Shown here: one piece after another, positions 50,662 to 63,465 of the stretch
Layout of the letters: each line of letters opens with the position of its first letter
How positions within the stretch are numbered: the first letter of the stretch is position 1
Assembly: GCA_016715465.1 (NCBI GenBank)
Contig: JADKAA010000027.1
Coordinates: 1,548-65,547 of the forward strand
DNA length: 64,000 nucleotides
From: Saprospiraceae bacterium
GTDB lineage: Bacteria > Bacteroidota > Bacteroidia > Chitinophagales > Saprospiraceae
Direction: 5' to 3'
The notes under the pieces: model-generated
Told to the model about the DNA's origin: nothing
What the model saw: the letters and a program-made list of their open reading frames with translations, nothing else
Database searches by the model: none
Translations under genes and position numbers: made by a program

Positions 50662-52959
50662 TGAAAAGAAAATTATACATACTTACTGCGCTGGCCTTAG
50701 CCACCATTCTTTTTGGCTCATACAGCTTGTACAACATGGTGCTGCAATGCCGCACCCCGTATTATATTGAATGTGCAGGCAAGAAATTAGACAGCACTAC
50801 AGTTATTGCCATAAGCAATAGTAAGTCGGCCGGGGCCGATACTTTAAATTTCAATTTTGAGCAATCAAAAGTGATTATGCCAACAACACTGGCACATCTG
50901 CATTTTAATAATACAAAAGGACAATTTGAATTGAAGAACAATGCCCAGCATATTCAATGCCGCCAAAACAGTGCCGGAGAACTATTTTTTACCTTTTTGC
51001 CATACGCTGACTGATAACTGGCGGCAGAAAGGAATATATTTTGGCAGTGATGCCCCCATTGATGAAAGTATTCTTTCAACCCGTGGCCTGAAGTGGAATA
51101 CGGCCGCCGGGGACAGAAATACCAGGGTAAGCCTTCAACTCTTTAAAAATGCAGGAAACACTTTCATTCGCTTTAATGTCGATGGTATAAATTGCAAGTA
51201 CCTAATTAAAAAGAAAGATAAAAATGTCTTTGATATTTTTATTAATCAGCCGGTTATTTCCGAAAATGCCTTTGTCTTCAAGTTTGATAACACCAGCTTA
51301 GACACGGGGAAATACTCCTTTGAAATTACCGCATCCACATTCAAAGCAAATAGCACCCTGAAAGACGAAGCAGGGAATATCATATCCCAAACCAGCGGTT
51401 CGGATTTTTATGTAATGGCCGGAAATTACTTATTCCACATTACGCCAAAATATTCATTCAAATTCTTCATCTTTTATCTTGGGTTCTTTATCATCTTGCT
51501 AGCATTCCAGTTTTATTTCATTCTTACTGCGGCAAAGGCTGTCAACTCAATAATATTCTCCCTGTCCTCTGTCAGGATATTGATTAACTGTATCATTTTT
51601 TTGGCTACCCCATTATTTTTAACTGCATACTACCTGGGGGCAAACAGGATATGGTACCTCGTACTAATCCTTTTTCTGAATGCTTCATATTTCACTCCTA
51701 AAACAATTTTACATAATCTCAACTTAAAGGCACAAGCAAAATGGGTCCTCTATGTATTATGTGCTATCATCATTGCCGCAACAGTTCTTATAAAACCATT
51801 TACGGTGAATGAGAACCTGTTTGGGCGAATTCCTGTTCTTCATGTACAAAAGTTCCTGCTGTTAATGCTTGTTTTGGTAACACAAAGAAGATTGTTCCAT
51901 AAAATCAAATACGGCAATTGGTATCGGATAATAATAGTATTGGCATACTCATTTTTACTTAGCATTTTGACATCCGATATTGGCTCTGTTTTATATGCCG
52001 GACTTGCCTTGTTGATCGTTGAGTTAATCCGAAAGACTCTCAGCATAAAAAAAGCAGTAATAGGCGCAGGGCTATTTGTAGCAACAGTAGTCATTGCTTA
52101 TAATATTTCACCCGGTAGCGTTTGTAAATATAAAGGCTATAGGCTGCTTGCACCTTACACAAACCCGGCAAGCGATAAGCTAATTGAAGCAGAAGAAAGG
52201 GACAGGGAAACATACGCCGCACTCACTCTCAACTTAAAGAGTTTGTTTTATGAAAATACCCCCCGGTTTAATGAAGTATCTATTCCTGCCAACATGAGAA
52301 CGACCATACACACAGACTATGCAATGATGGGGGGCTACACGTTAGGCGGCTTTAACTTTCTGCTGTTATTTGTGCTGGTTCTGTTTTACCTGGTTAAGGA
52401 ATTATTTTTACTCCTGTTTTTTACTATCCGAAAGATCAGGGTTAATAAAACAGTTACTTATTCATTACCTAATTCAAGCGAAGCGGAACTTTTAAGGATT
52501 TTCCTGGCCTTCTCGATAGTACAATTTTGTTACCCTTTATTCAGCAACCTCTTACTCCTGCCTGTTACTGGCCAGTCTTTGCCAGGGCTGAGCATAAGTA
52601 ACATTGAAATAATTTTCCTGATACTGCTTTTGGTCCCTGTCGGCAGTATATTTTCCAATGCCAAATACTATTCAAACGCCACGCCATCAAATTATTTATA
52701 TGGCGATGCTGTAAAAAGCCTGAATTTTGGAATGTTTCTCCTCGCTTTACTATTTATCATAGGGATAACCATTAAAGCTGTTGCTTTATACCGGACAGAT
52801 AATATAATACAATGGACTAAGCAGGTATCTGATAAAGGTATTACACCGGAAACAAACATTCCCATAGCAGCAAATAAACAGGGCTTAATTAGCTATGCCA
52901 AAACAATAATTGGGGATGAAAAAATTTATAACGTATCAGCAGAAAAAAACCAATTTTAA
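50661..52959 (+). CDS. divergent SEDS (FtsW/RodA-like) polytopic membrane protein with an N-terminal anchor and extracytoplasmic domain; indel near 50985-51000
   Basis: ORFs 50661-51014 and 50941-52959. SEDS-like motifs are IPVLHVQKFLLL (cf. iQPsEfaK), LTSDIGSVL (cf. pDlGt), HTDYAMMGGYTLGGF (cf. HTDFIFAvigEElG) and LPVTGQSLPGLS (cf. P.tG..LPf.S). Confidence 0.6.
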
Positions 52960-53252
52960 AGGAACTGTCAGGCCTGTATTATTCAAATAAACCATATTCG
53001 CAAACAGTTTTTGAATCAAAAACATTTGAACAAAGTATAACCCGGTTACTGCGGCAAACAACCGTTGATTCTGCCTTTACTGTAAATAAGAAAGTCATAT
53101 CCGGGACCTACGAACCTTTCGGCAAAGTATATGCTGTTTCCCAAAAAGTTAATGACAAACCAAGTATCTCTGTTACCAATTCTTATTATGCTTCAATACC
53201 TGCAAATGCTGAAACTATACAGGGGGATCTGACAGCCGAAATTACCAGGGCA

Positions 53253-54140
53253 TTGGAACAGCATTTGACAAAAATTGGAGTTGCCTCAAATATCGGCTCT
53301 GTATGGATAACCGACTATAACACAGGTAATATAATTGCCAACAGTAGCTGCCCGGTAAATGCAGAAATCAATACCGCAGTAGTCCATTATCTCACGGGCA
53401 GTGTAAAGAAAATGCTATTGGCCTATACAGCTTTGAAAATAAACCCGGCTATAAATGACACCAGATATTATAGTACTAAATTTAACCGGGACATTTCTTT
53501 TACTGAATTTATCAAGTGGAGCGATAATGACTATGCGGCAAACCTGCTCAGTTATTTATTGCAAACAAATGGGGAAGAATTAGGTAAAATTCTACAAGCC
53601 GATTTTGACCTGCCGCTTTATAGTGTTACAGACGATAGTTACTTTGACTTGCTGCCAACTGAAAGAGATTTTGCAAAAAAATTAGACAGGAACAACGTCA
53701 TCTACCGGTTGGCTGTCGGGCAAGAGAAACCCTATAAGTTTTCTCAGGTAATGCAATGGTATAACCGTTTTGCATCCGGTAAAAAAGTGAATTTAAAATA
53801 CAGCTTCGAAGACAGAAAGGCAGATAATATTTCAATGAATGCCGATGATTTAAAGTATCTGCAAAACTGCTTTAACAGTGTTCTATATGGCACAGCTGCC
53901 AAAGTAAGGCAACCGCTTATTAATAATGGCATAGATATTCATAATTTATTCTGCAAAACCGGGACCGCTGAAAGCCAGAATGGAAAAGGAAACTCTTCAA
54001 GCAGCTTTATCATTTGCAGCCAAAAATATTGTATCGGGATTCAGCTTAAAGGCCGGATTCCGGAGAGTAAAGAAAACTACTCTGCGAAGGATCTATTTAT
54101 TCAGTTGATTCCAATATTTAAAAAATATGCCATCCTTTAA
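53253..54140 (+). CDS. penicillin-binding-protein transpeptidase-like domain protein; frame open from 52932 and probably fused to the SEDS ORF
   Basis: SxxK = SVKK (53400-53411), SxN = SDN (WSDNDYAANL) and KTG = KTGTA (Lys 53955-53957). The A-run 52943-52949 separates it from the SEDS frame. Confidence 0.65.
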   Translation: MEQHLTKIGVASNIGSVWITDYNTGNIIANSSCPVNAEINTAVVHYLTGSVKKMLLAYTALKINPAINDTRYYSTKFNRDISFTEFIKWSDNDYAANLLSYLLQTNGEELGKILQADFDLPLYSVTDDSYFDLLPTERDFAKKLDRNNVIYRLAVGQEKPYKFSQVMQWYNRFASGKKVNLKYSFEDRKADNISMNADDLKYLQNCFNSVLYGTAAKVRQPLINNGIDIHNLFCKTGTAESQNGKGNSSSSFIICSQKYCIGIQLKGRIPESKENYSAKDLFIQLIPIFKKYAIL

Positions 54141-54938
54141 ACAATAAGCATAAAAAAAATTCCACGTTACCCATCGCCAACGAACTATTAAGCTGCACCA
54201 ATCCATTTGAAAAAATAAAATACACATGCAAGATAGCTCCGGGAAAACGGGGCATCCAAAAGCTTACGGCATAAAGCAGTATTGCATATCCTCATCGATA
54301 TATCCTGCACAAGCCATATCAAGTAGCTCAACTAAACCAATCCACGCATTTATTCCGTTTCCTTTTGGAGTGCAAAGACACCCGTTTCCCTTCGCTGACA
54401 ATAGCATATTATTTTATTTTTTCATTTTAAATGTATTGCTATGTCAGTTCTTGTTCAGCGTTGGCTTGTTGGCAGCATCTGGGTTAGCTGCTGGTTCGTT
54501 TCTCCCAGTGTGTTTGTTTTTTCATCACAGTTAGGCCATTCATTTACTTCGTCATGTGAGCCTCCTTGGTAGGGGGCTTTCTTTTTGATTTTATACATTG
54601 GATAAGAAACTGAAATGATTCCGTACTGCCTACAGGCCACCTTCTTCATTTCGTTCGTTTGCTCCGTTCCCTCCGCTGCACTCACTCATTCAGTCGGTAG
54701 CCTTCCGGCATTCAACATCCTGCTCCGATTGCCCAAACGGCAACATCCCGGAGCCACACACAAATCCAGACCGGGTAGCTGGCAGCCATCGCTTCTTTTC
54801 AGATTGATTGATTCCCAATTCCACGATATAATCAATGGGTCATTTATAGTAAAATTTTCGTAACATCCTGTTCCTCAATTAACAAATCATGTTTATATTG
54901 TAAGAGATTTTATCGGTAAAATGAGTCATTGAGGCTGA

Positions 54939-55073
54939 ATGTATTGGAAAAGCGTAAGCCAGCAGATTCTGCCGGTTACCATCAAATACCCCGAAATGGT
55001 GGCCGAGATATTCCCTTACTTCACCCACGATAAACTACCCGACCACGGCAAGGAGAGCCTGTGGTTTTTGTAA
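54939..55073 (+). pseudogene. remnant of a second pAgo gene (last 44 codons only)
   Basis: MYWKSVSQQILPVTIKYPEMVAEIFPYFTHDKLPDHGKESLWFL* is collinear with the last 44 codons of the intact pAgo (36607-36741). They share the 20-mer atggtggccgagatattccc. Confidence 0.85.
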
Positions 55074-55088
55074 AAACAACAATACACT

Positions 55089-58000
55089 ATGGCAGAATTT
55101 ACAAGGAAACCACAGACAGGAAATATTTTTGAAGGAACTTCTGATGAAGAAATTGAAGTGTTTCTAAAAATCAAGGAGGATTTTGGTGCCCGTTATGATC
55201 GTAATGAAAATAATGAGTTCAAATTTTTAAAGGCTATAGAAATTATTCAATCAAGACCTCATATTTGTTATTTTCAGAAGCAAAAGGAATTTACCAATAC
55301 TAATAAGGTCACTGGCAAAATATTTACAGAATCCAATCATAAAATTATTATACCTCTTGAAAGAGACAAATCATTTGAGATAATTGTTTCTTTAAGGGAG
55401 GACAGGATAAATACGTTTACTCAATTGTACTCTTATAGAATAGTAAAATTTAAAGAAGCAACATTTACTAATGAGCCTAAAAATCCTATAAGAAGAAATT
55501 GCACCTTTCGAATAATTCCATTAGAAGATAAGAATGGTTCAGGTTCAGAAAGATTCAAAGAACTTTATTCTCTGGTGGAGGCAAGCGTAATCCCTGTAGT
55601 TGACATCAACAAAGAAAAAGACAAGCAAATTTGGCACAACTACGTTTTGGCCATGAAAAAGTTGGTGAAGCAAAAGGAACAGGTATGGAAAATTCAAAAA
55701 ATTAGCCATCCTTATTCTGAAATACAAGGAAAAGATGAAGAACGAGCCAATTATATTGATGTTTACATCAATGAGAAAGAACTGATTGATCAGCTAATAG
55801 ATGACATTGAAGGCCTTTTTAATCCTGATGAATTAGAAGATTATGGAGTTAGTGATGAAAAGGCATTTATTGAATTTAAAAATTATCGGGAGTTAAGCCA
55901 GGGGGAATTAAACCAACTAAAGGAATTAGGTGAAGAATTATTCTATGAACTTTCTGCTACATCCCCTATCCATTATATTTCCGGTGAGATACAATTCAAA
56001 TACACTGATAATGCGTCAAAAGATGAAATATACACTGCAATAAAAGCAAAGCTGAGTGCTGACTACCAACTCGATACTGAAATCAACAAGGACGGACACA
56101 TTAATCTGAGTGATAATGATATACCACATTTGCAAAAAAATACTTGCAGATAATTACAACAACTTAATATCCCTACACAAGGATAATCTTGTTCAGCTAA
56201 AAGTAGAGTTTAGTTCCGGTAAAGATTTAGTACTGCTGAAAGATAAAGTCAAAGGTATTCTTGATGCGGATGGATTAACAAGAAGCACAGTTTCTATTTC
56301 ACAGGATAAGAAGCATATTATTGTCGAAGCAGAAGTGTTTATCCATCCTAAAAAGTTCAGTAATGAAAATTTGGAATTTGTTTACACTATTTCACGTTTT
56401 TCACCAAGTAAATACATTCAATTTAAAGAGATTGAAGGGTTGGAGATTGTAGGTAACTCATATCAGATAAAGAGTGAGAATAGAGAGGAGTATGATGTAG
56501 CCTTCAATGCTCTAAGGCAGAATTTTCCGGGTCTTTATTTTCATAGAAAACCTTCTCAATATTACTTTAAAAAAGGTAACAGGGTTGATGTTCAAGTTCT
56601 ACGGAACTTCAAAACAACAACAGACTTGCAGGGAAAATCCGAATTTGTTTTTGCCAATTCAATATTAAATGTGCTTGCTGAGAATGCTGAGGATTATAAC
56701 GGACAAATAAAAAGGATAAAAGAGGCGTTTCCTGAAGCAACTCTGCAAGTCAAACCTTTTAAGCCCACCTACCAAATACAATTTAGAACTGATGTAGGAT
56801 CAAAAAGACAGGATTTTATTAATAAGTTTAAAAACGAAATAAGAAATGCAGTAAGTGGAAAGGCGGAATTTGATGTTATAAAAAATCAAACAAAGGTGCT
56901 TTTTTCTTACAACTTTAATTCTGATGAGGAAAGAGATAGATTCAAACAGGCTGTTTCTGAAGCATGTACTCCTAATCTGGATATAGTTTCCTTTTCATTC
57001 GAGAGTGAGCTGGGAAGAACAATTTATGAGCTGCATAAAAATGAAACTCTTGAAATTGAAAAAGAACGGGAAGTTGCTGGTAATATCAGGTCTGCTACAT
57101 TTATTTATTTAACTCCAGAAGAAAAAAAACAACTTGGTTATGAAATTGAGTTAAAGGGCGATGAGGCCTATTTCAGAGGAGGTATTCAAATAGGGAAATT
57201 GATAAGAAAAGAAAGAGATCGACTAAAGTTTCGCATTACAGATGAATTTGATGAAAGAATTAATGCAAGAGAAGAAGACCGGATAGATTTAACTGAAATA
57301 AAGCAAGGCTATATCAAACCGATTTTCCCGGGGAATTAACAAACATTGGCAGGATGATAAGGGCAATGAAAAAGTTACTGAACCTGGTGGCCGTGTAGGG
57401 TATCCTGTGAACAGAAACCTTTCCAATTTCTTGTTTGATCCGAATGAGGCAAGGCAATCAGCAACTGATATTGAAGTAGAAAAATTAAAAGTAATTGCTG
57501 ATTTAAATGAGCCATTATTAAAGGAGCAACAAAAACAGCTTGAAGCAGTTGCAAAGACACTAATTGCAAAAGACTTGGCATTAATACAAGGTCCTCCCGG
57601 CACTGGTAAAACAACTGTAATTGCTGAGATTATCTGGCAAACACTGCTCCGTGAACCACAGGCTAAATTGCTGATCACTTCTCAAACCAACCTTGCGGTT
57701 GATAATGCACTGGAAAGGATTAAAGGAAAGAAATTAGTTCGCCCAATACGCATTGGTAACATTGATAAGTTCGAGGACGAAGGAAAAGTTTATTCAAGTG
57801 ACAGGATTAAGAAATGGCTACAAGCAAAAACAAATTCTAATGAAGAAGGACTGTATGCAGAAAATGCAGTTTGCCAATGGATAGAAAATGTTCAGGCAAA
57901 ATGCAGCACAGAAGAGAAGTATGCCAAAGCGGTTGAAAAATGGAAAACCGGCTTATATGAGAAAGATATACTGATTAAGACAACTTTCGCAAATGCTTAT

Positions 58001-59035
58001 TACAAGTATGTAAATGTATTTGCCGCTACATGTAGTGAGTGTGGTAGCAAAAATTTTAGTGAAACCTATCAAACTACTTTTCAGAGAAACTCCGAAAGCC
58101 CAGTAGAACCTGAATTTGATTTGGTAATTATGGATGAGGCAAGTAAGGCCACACCTCCTGAATTGGTTTTGCCACTTACTTTAGGCAAAAAGGTAGTTAT
58201 TATAGGTGACCATAAGCAGTTGCCACCAATGATTGATGAAAGGGATTTTGAAGAAGCGTTGGAAGCAGTAGGTGCAAAGAAACTAATTGAAGATTGGACG
58301 AGTTCGGACTATAAAATCTCTCAGTTCGAAAATTATTTAAAAAATGCTCCAAAGAATTTTGTTGCCAGTCTTGATACGCAGTTTCGGATGCATGAACAGA
58401 TAATGAACTGTATTTCTCAATTCTATACGGACCAAGAGGAACTGGAGCACGGTTTAATATGTGGAATCAAAAATGAAATGAATATTGATGATTTCAATGT
58501 AAAAGCAAGTAGGTGGCATGGTATAGATATTAAGCCATTTGTCTCTAAAAAAGATCATGCAATCTGGTTAAATGTAGATGGCCCAGAAATACAGGAAGGA
58601 GAACATCTATATTCCAATGATAGGGAAGTTGATGCTATCTACAACGTTTTGAAATTGCTTTCCTCAGACGAATCGTTTAAGGAATATCAACAATTTATGA
58701 AAACTCAACGAGAAGAGAATCAAGAGATTGGTGTAATTACGTTTTATGGGCCACAAAAGAACAAAATTGGCCGGAAGTTATATCCACATTTACAGCCAAA
58801 AGATTGGAAGGAATTTGAAAAGCATAAATATGAGAATGAATTTGGGATACCATTCCGGATTAATACAGTTGATAAGTTTCAGGGTATGGAGAAGAACATA
58901 ATAATTATTTCAACAGTTAGGAGCCATAAACAAATAAAGATTGATTCAAAAGGCAAGAGTATCAATAGGACAAATCATAAATTAGGTTTTGCAAAAGAAC
59001 ATCCTCGTATAAATGTTGGTTTTTCAAGAGCCTGA
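55089..59035 (+). pseudogene. giant DNA2/UPF1-like SF1 helicase with a ~750-aa N-terminal region, broken by at least 3 indels
   Basis: Made of ORFs 55089-56153, 56110-57339 and 57407-59035. Breaks lie at the A-run 56141-56147 and twice within 57325-57390. Motifs include LIQGPPGTGKTT, IMDEASKA, GDHKQLPP, VDKFQGMEKN and NVGFSRA. Confidence 0.7.
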
Positions 59036-60001
59036 CGAAGATCCTAATGAATCATTCTCAGATGAGATTGTTGAGGTAATTGAAAATAATTTCCCGGCAT
59101 TCATAGCTGAAAAAAGTAAAGATTATCAAAAGCAATCTCCGAAATCCAATAAAACAAAGAAAGAAGAAGTCCCTGTATCTGATCAGGTCCCGTTAGAATT
59201 AAGAATCATTGAAGCAGGTAGCAAGGAGAAAAAACTAATTGAAAGAATTATTGGTTTCACCGAGTTTGATTGGAATTTCACTGTTGCTAAATATAGAGGG
59301 GAATGCTCCCAGCCTGTTGAGTTCAACTTATTTGATGAAGTGCTTTGCGACTTATTGTTGACAGAGCAAATGTCTGCAAGTAAAATTGGTGATGTACTCG
59401 GTCTGGATATTCAAAAAGACCCAGCCGAGAAAGAGATTTTACTAAAAGCAATACAGGATTTGAAGGATGATAAAATGCTTGAAGGAGATGAAAGCATTAT
59501 GTGGCTTTCTGCTACCGGAATAGATTACGCTAAAAATGGCGTTAAATTCTCAACCTTTACAAGAAACTTTGAATTGTATTTTGATTTAGTTGGTAGTACA
59601 GCAGCAATGTGAAAAGTGTTTTTAGCAAGCTAAAGAGTGAGAAGACACAATCTCAGGTTTCAAATCTCCCTGACAGTTTGCAGGAAATTAGACGGTTGGC
59701 TGAGCACCAGGCACAAGAAATTCACTACCCCGAAAAGAATTACCTATTGCAATCCGCAGAGTTTATTTCTGCTGATAGTTACAAAGCTAAAGTTTGGGTT
59801 ATATTATTGGAAAATTTTAGAGAGAATACATTGAGGGCATTAGTTTATGACGAAAAGCAAAACATTGTCATTGATTCATTGTCAGAAGCATTGGACAAGC
59901 AAGAGCATATAAAAATGGAATTGCTTGAAAAATTGGTGAAGGTTGATGATGCTATTGAATTTACTGAAGAAGAAAAAGAAAACCGACCAGATTCAAATTG
60001 A
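59013..60001 (+). pseudogene. uncharacterised segments between the helicase core and the PLD-like region (two ORFs)
   Basis: ORFs 59013-59612 and 59609-60001, same strand. The helicase motif VI region ends abruptly, which suggests a deletion. Confidence 0.35.
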
Positions 60002-60151
60002 ATCCTGAATTGATTCAAAAGCAGATTGAGATTGATGAAGCAATCAAGACACAGGATGTAGGTAAGATCAAAGAAATTCAGAAAGAGGTTGATGCCATAA
60101 AGCGGCATTTCAATTCACTTGAATTTGAAGTGGAACTGAAACGGTTGTTCG

Positions 60152-60696
60152 ATGATACTGCAAAATGACCTTTGGATAATTAGCCCTTGGATTAAGAATG
60201 CAACTTTCAAGCGTATTCCTTTCTTTGAAAAGTACCTGAAAAAGGAGGCAGAATATTTATTGCCTATTCAGAACCCGGAAGAACCTGGGCAGGTAATGGC
60301 TTATGATGAACCACTAAACAAGCTCTTGGATTTAGAAAAAGGTATCAGAATTTTACCCGCATCAACTACCGGCTTTCCATTACAAGAATGTATGGTTGCG
60401 AAAGAATATGAAGTAATTTGTACTATACCGGCAGTTACAATATTCTATCATTCTTTGTTAGTCAGGGCTTGCAAAAGGTTAGGCAGGAGAAAATGACACG
60501 TATGGATTGGAATGAAGAAGTTCAGGAGGAATTTGCTGATGTAATAAGGCAGTTCGGATTAAAGTATGCCAATAAAGCTATTGAGGATTTCAATACACTT
60601 TGCCAAAATCCACCGGAAATAATTGACAGGTCATATCTGCAAAAACTGAAGACAGTAGATTACAGCAAATTGAAACCTTTCATCAATCAGGCATAG
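60152..60696 (+). pseudogene. PLD-like (HxK) nuclease domain remnant, multiply frameshifted
   Basis: DLWIISPWI in one frame, FHYKNVW (HxK) and GSYNILSFFVSQG in others. Confidence 0.45.
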
Positions 60697-61002
60697 AGCA
60701 GTTTGATACTGCTTATGATGCACTCGAAGATAACAAGTTGGAGAATCTGAATTACTATAGGAAAAGTACTTTGAGGGTAAGATTGCTGATTATCGAAAAC
60801 AGGCTGAAGAACTTTCAAAGCAATCCATTTCACCGGATAGGAAGAAAAGTTTAGTGAGCGAATTTGAGAATTTAAGGGATGAGTTTATGGATTTCCTTGA
60901 AATACAAATGACTGGTGCAAAAGAAGTAGTAGAAATGATTGCAGGGTTAAGAACGTTCAATTTTTCAGCACAACAAAGAAATAATCCCAAAAGAAGATAA
61001 CT

Positions 61003-61455
61003 ATGTCATGTTTTGAAACATCCACTTTTGCCAAAAATCCTGATGTAATGAATCAGGAAGTTCTTGTTCAGGCTTGTACTAAGCTGGGTTGAAATTTTGC
61101 AAAGACTGCCAATGAACTTACCATATTTCAGTTAAATGCAAATGAGAATTTGCGTGGTGAATATGCAATGAAGATTGTCGGTAATAAAGTTACTTACAAC
61201 ACATATTACTTAAAGAATGCAAGGAGCAAGGTTAATGAGTTGCAGTCGGTTTTCTATGAATTGAATGTAAAAGTATGCAGAGGAATCCATTATCAGGGAG
61301 TTCAAGAAACAAGGCTGGTCTTTTTTAAGAGTAACGACAAGTTCAAAGCAAATGTTGAAGAGAAGGTCAGCTTCTATGTGGTGGGAAGCAAATTACAGGA
61401 GGAATCGGAAAAGGTTGCTCAAATCAAATTTACGATTCTAAAGGACGATCTCTAA
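61003..61455 (+). pseudogene. DUF1257-like protein (running into a DUF2997-like segment) with an in-frame TGA at 61090-61092 and later shifts
   Basis: MSCFETSTFAKNPDVMNQEVLVQACTKLG*NFAK... The stop sits where a Trp (TGG) would fit. IKFTILKD(G) continues in another frame. Confidence 0.45.
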
Positions 61456-61628
61456 AAACGGACAGTGATTATATTCCGAGAGATATTATGAATTAGCAGA
61501 TAAAGCTATGTTTGAATTGGAAAGTATCACGGGTTCAAAGAGAGATAATAGCAAGGAAATACCTTTGAAATACAAACACAAAACATTTTGTGAGAAAAAA
61601 AAAACAATATCATTAAAACAAGAAATAA

Positions 61629-63242
<1,614 letters not shown>

Positions 63243-63465
63243 TATCTATAATCACAAATAGAGCCATTAAATACAGTATTTTTAAAATGCTTGTTCATGG
63301 CATTAATGATTCCTTACAAAACCATTCGATACCTACAGAAGAAGGGGAATTGGCTGTTTTTCTGCATTAGAATCAAGGTTACATTTATTTTGTGACTTTT
63401 CTGGTTTTTGTGTACCGAGTGATTGAAACATAGGAGCCCTAATAAATTATAACTTCAAATTAATT

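Noticed and set aside
51040-51400. FHA domain at the N-terminus of the SEDS-like protein (by analogy with FHA-RodA-PBP operons)
   Set aside because: I could not find the FHA hallmarks (GR...SxxH...NGT). It is left as an uncharacterised extracytoplasmic domain.
54141-54938. Group II intron or retron-type ncRNA
   Set aside because: I looked on both strands for a domain-V-like hairpin or a 5' GUGYG and found no convincing match. No reverse transcriptase gene is adjacent.
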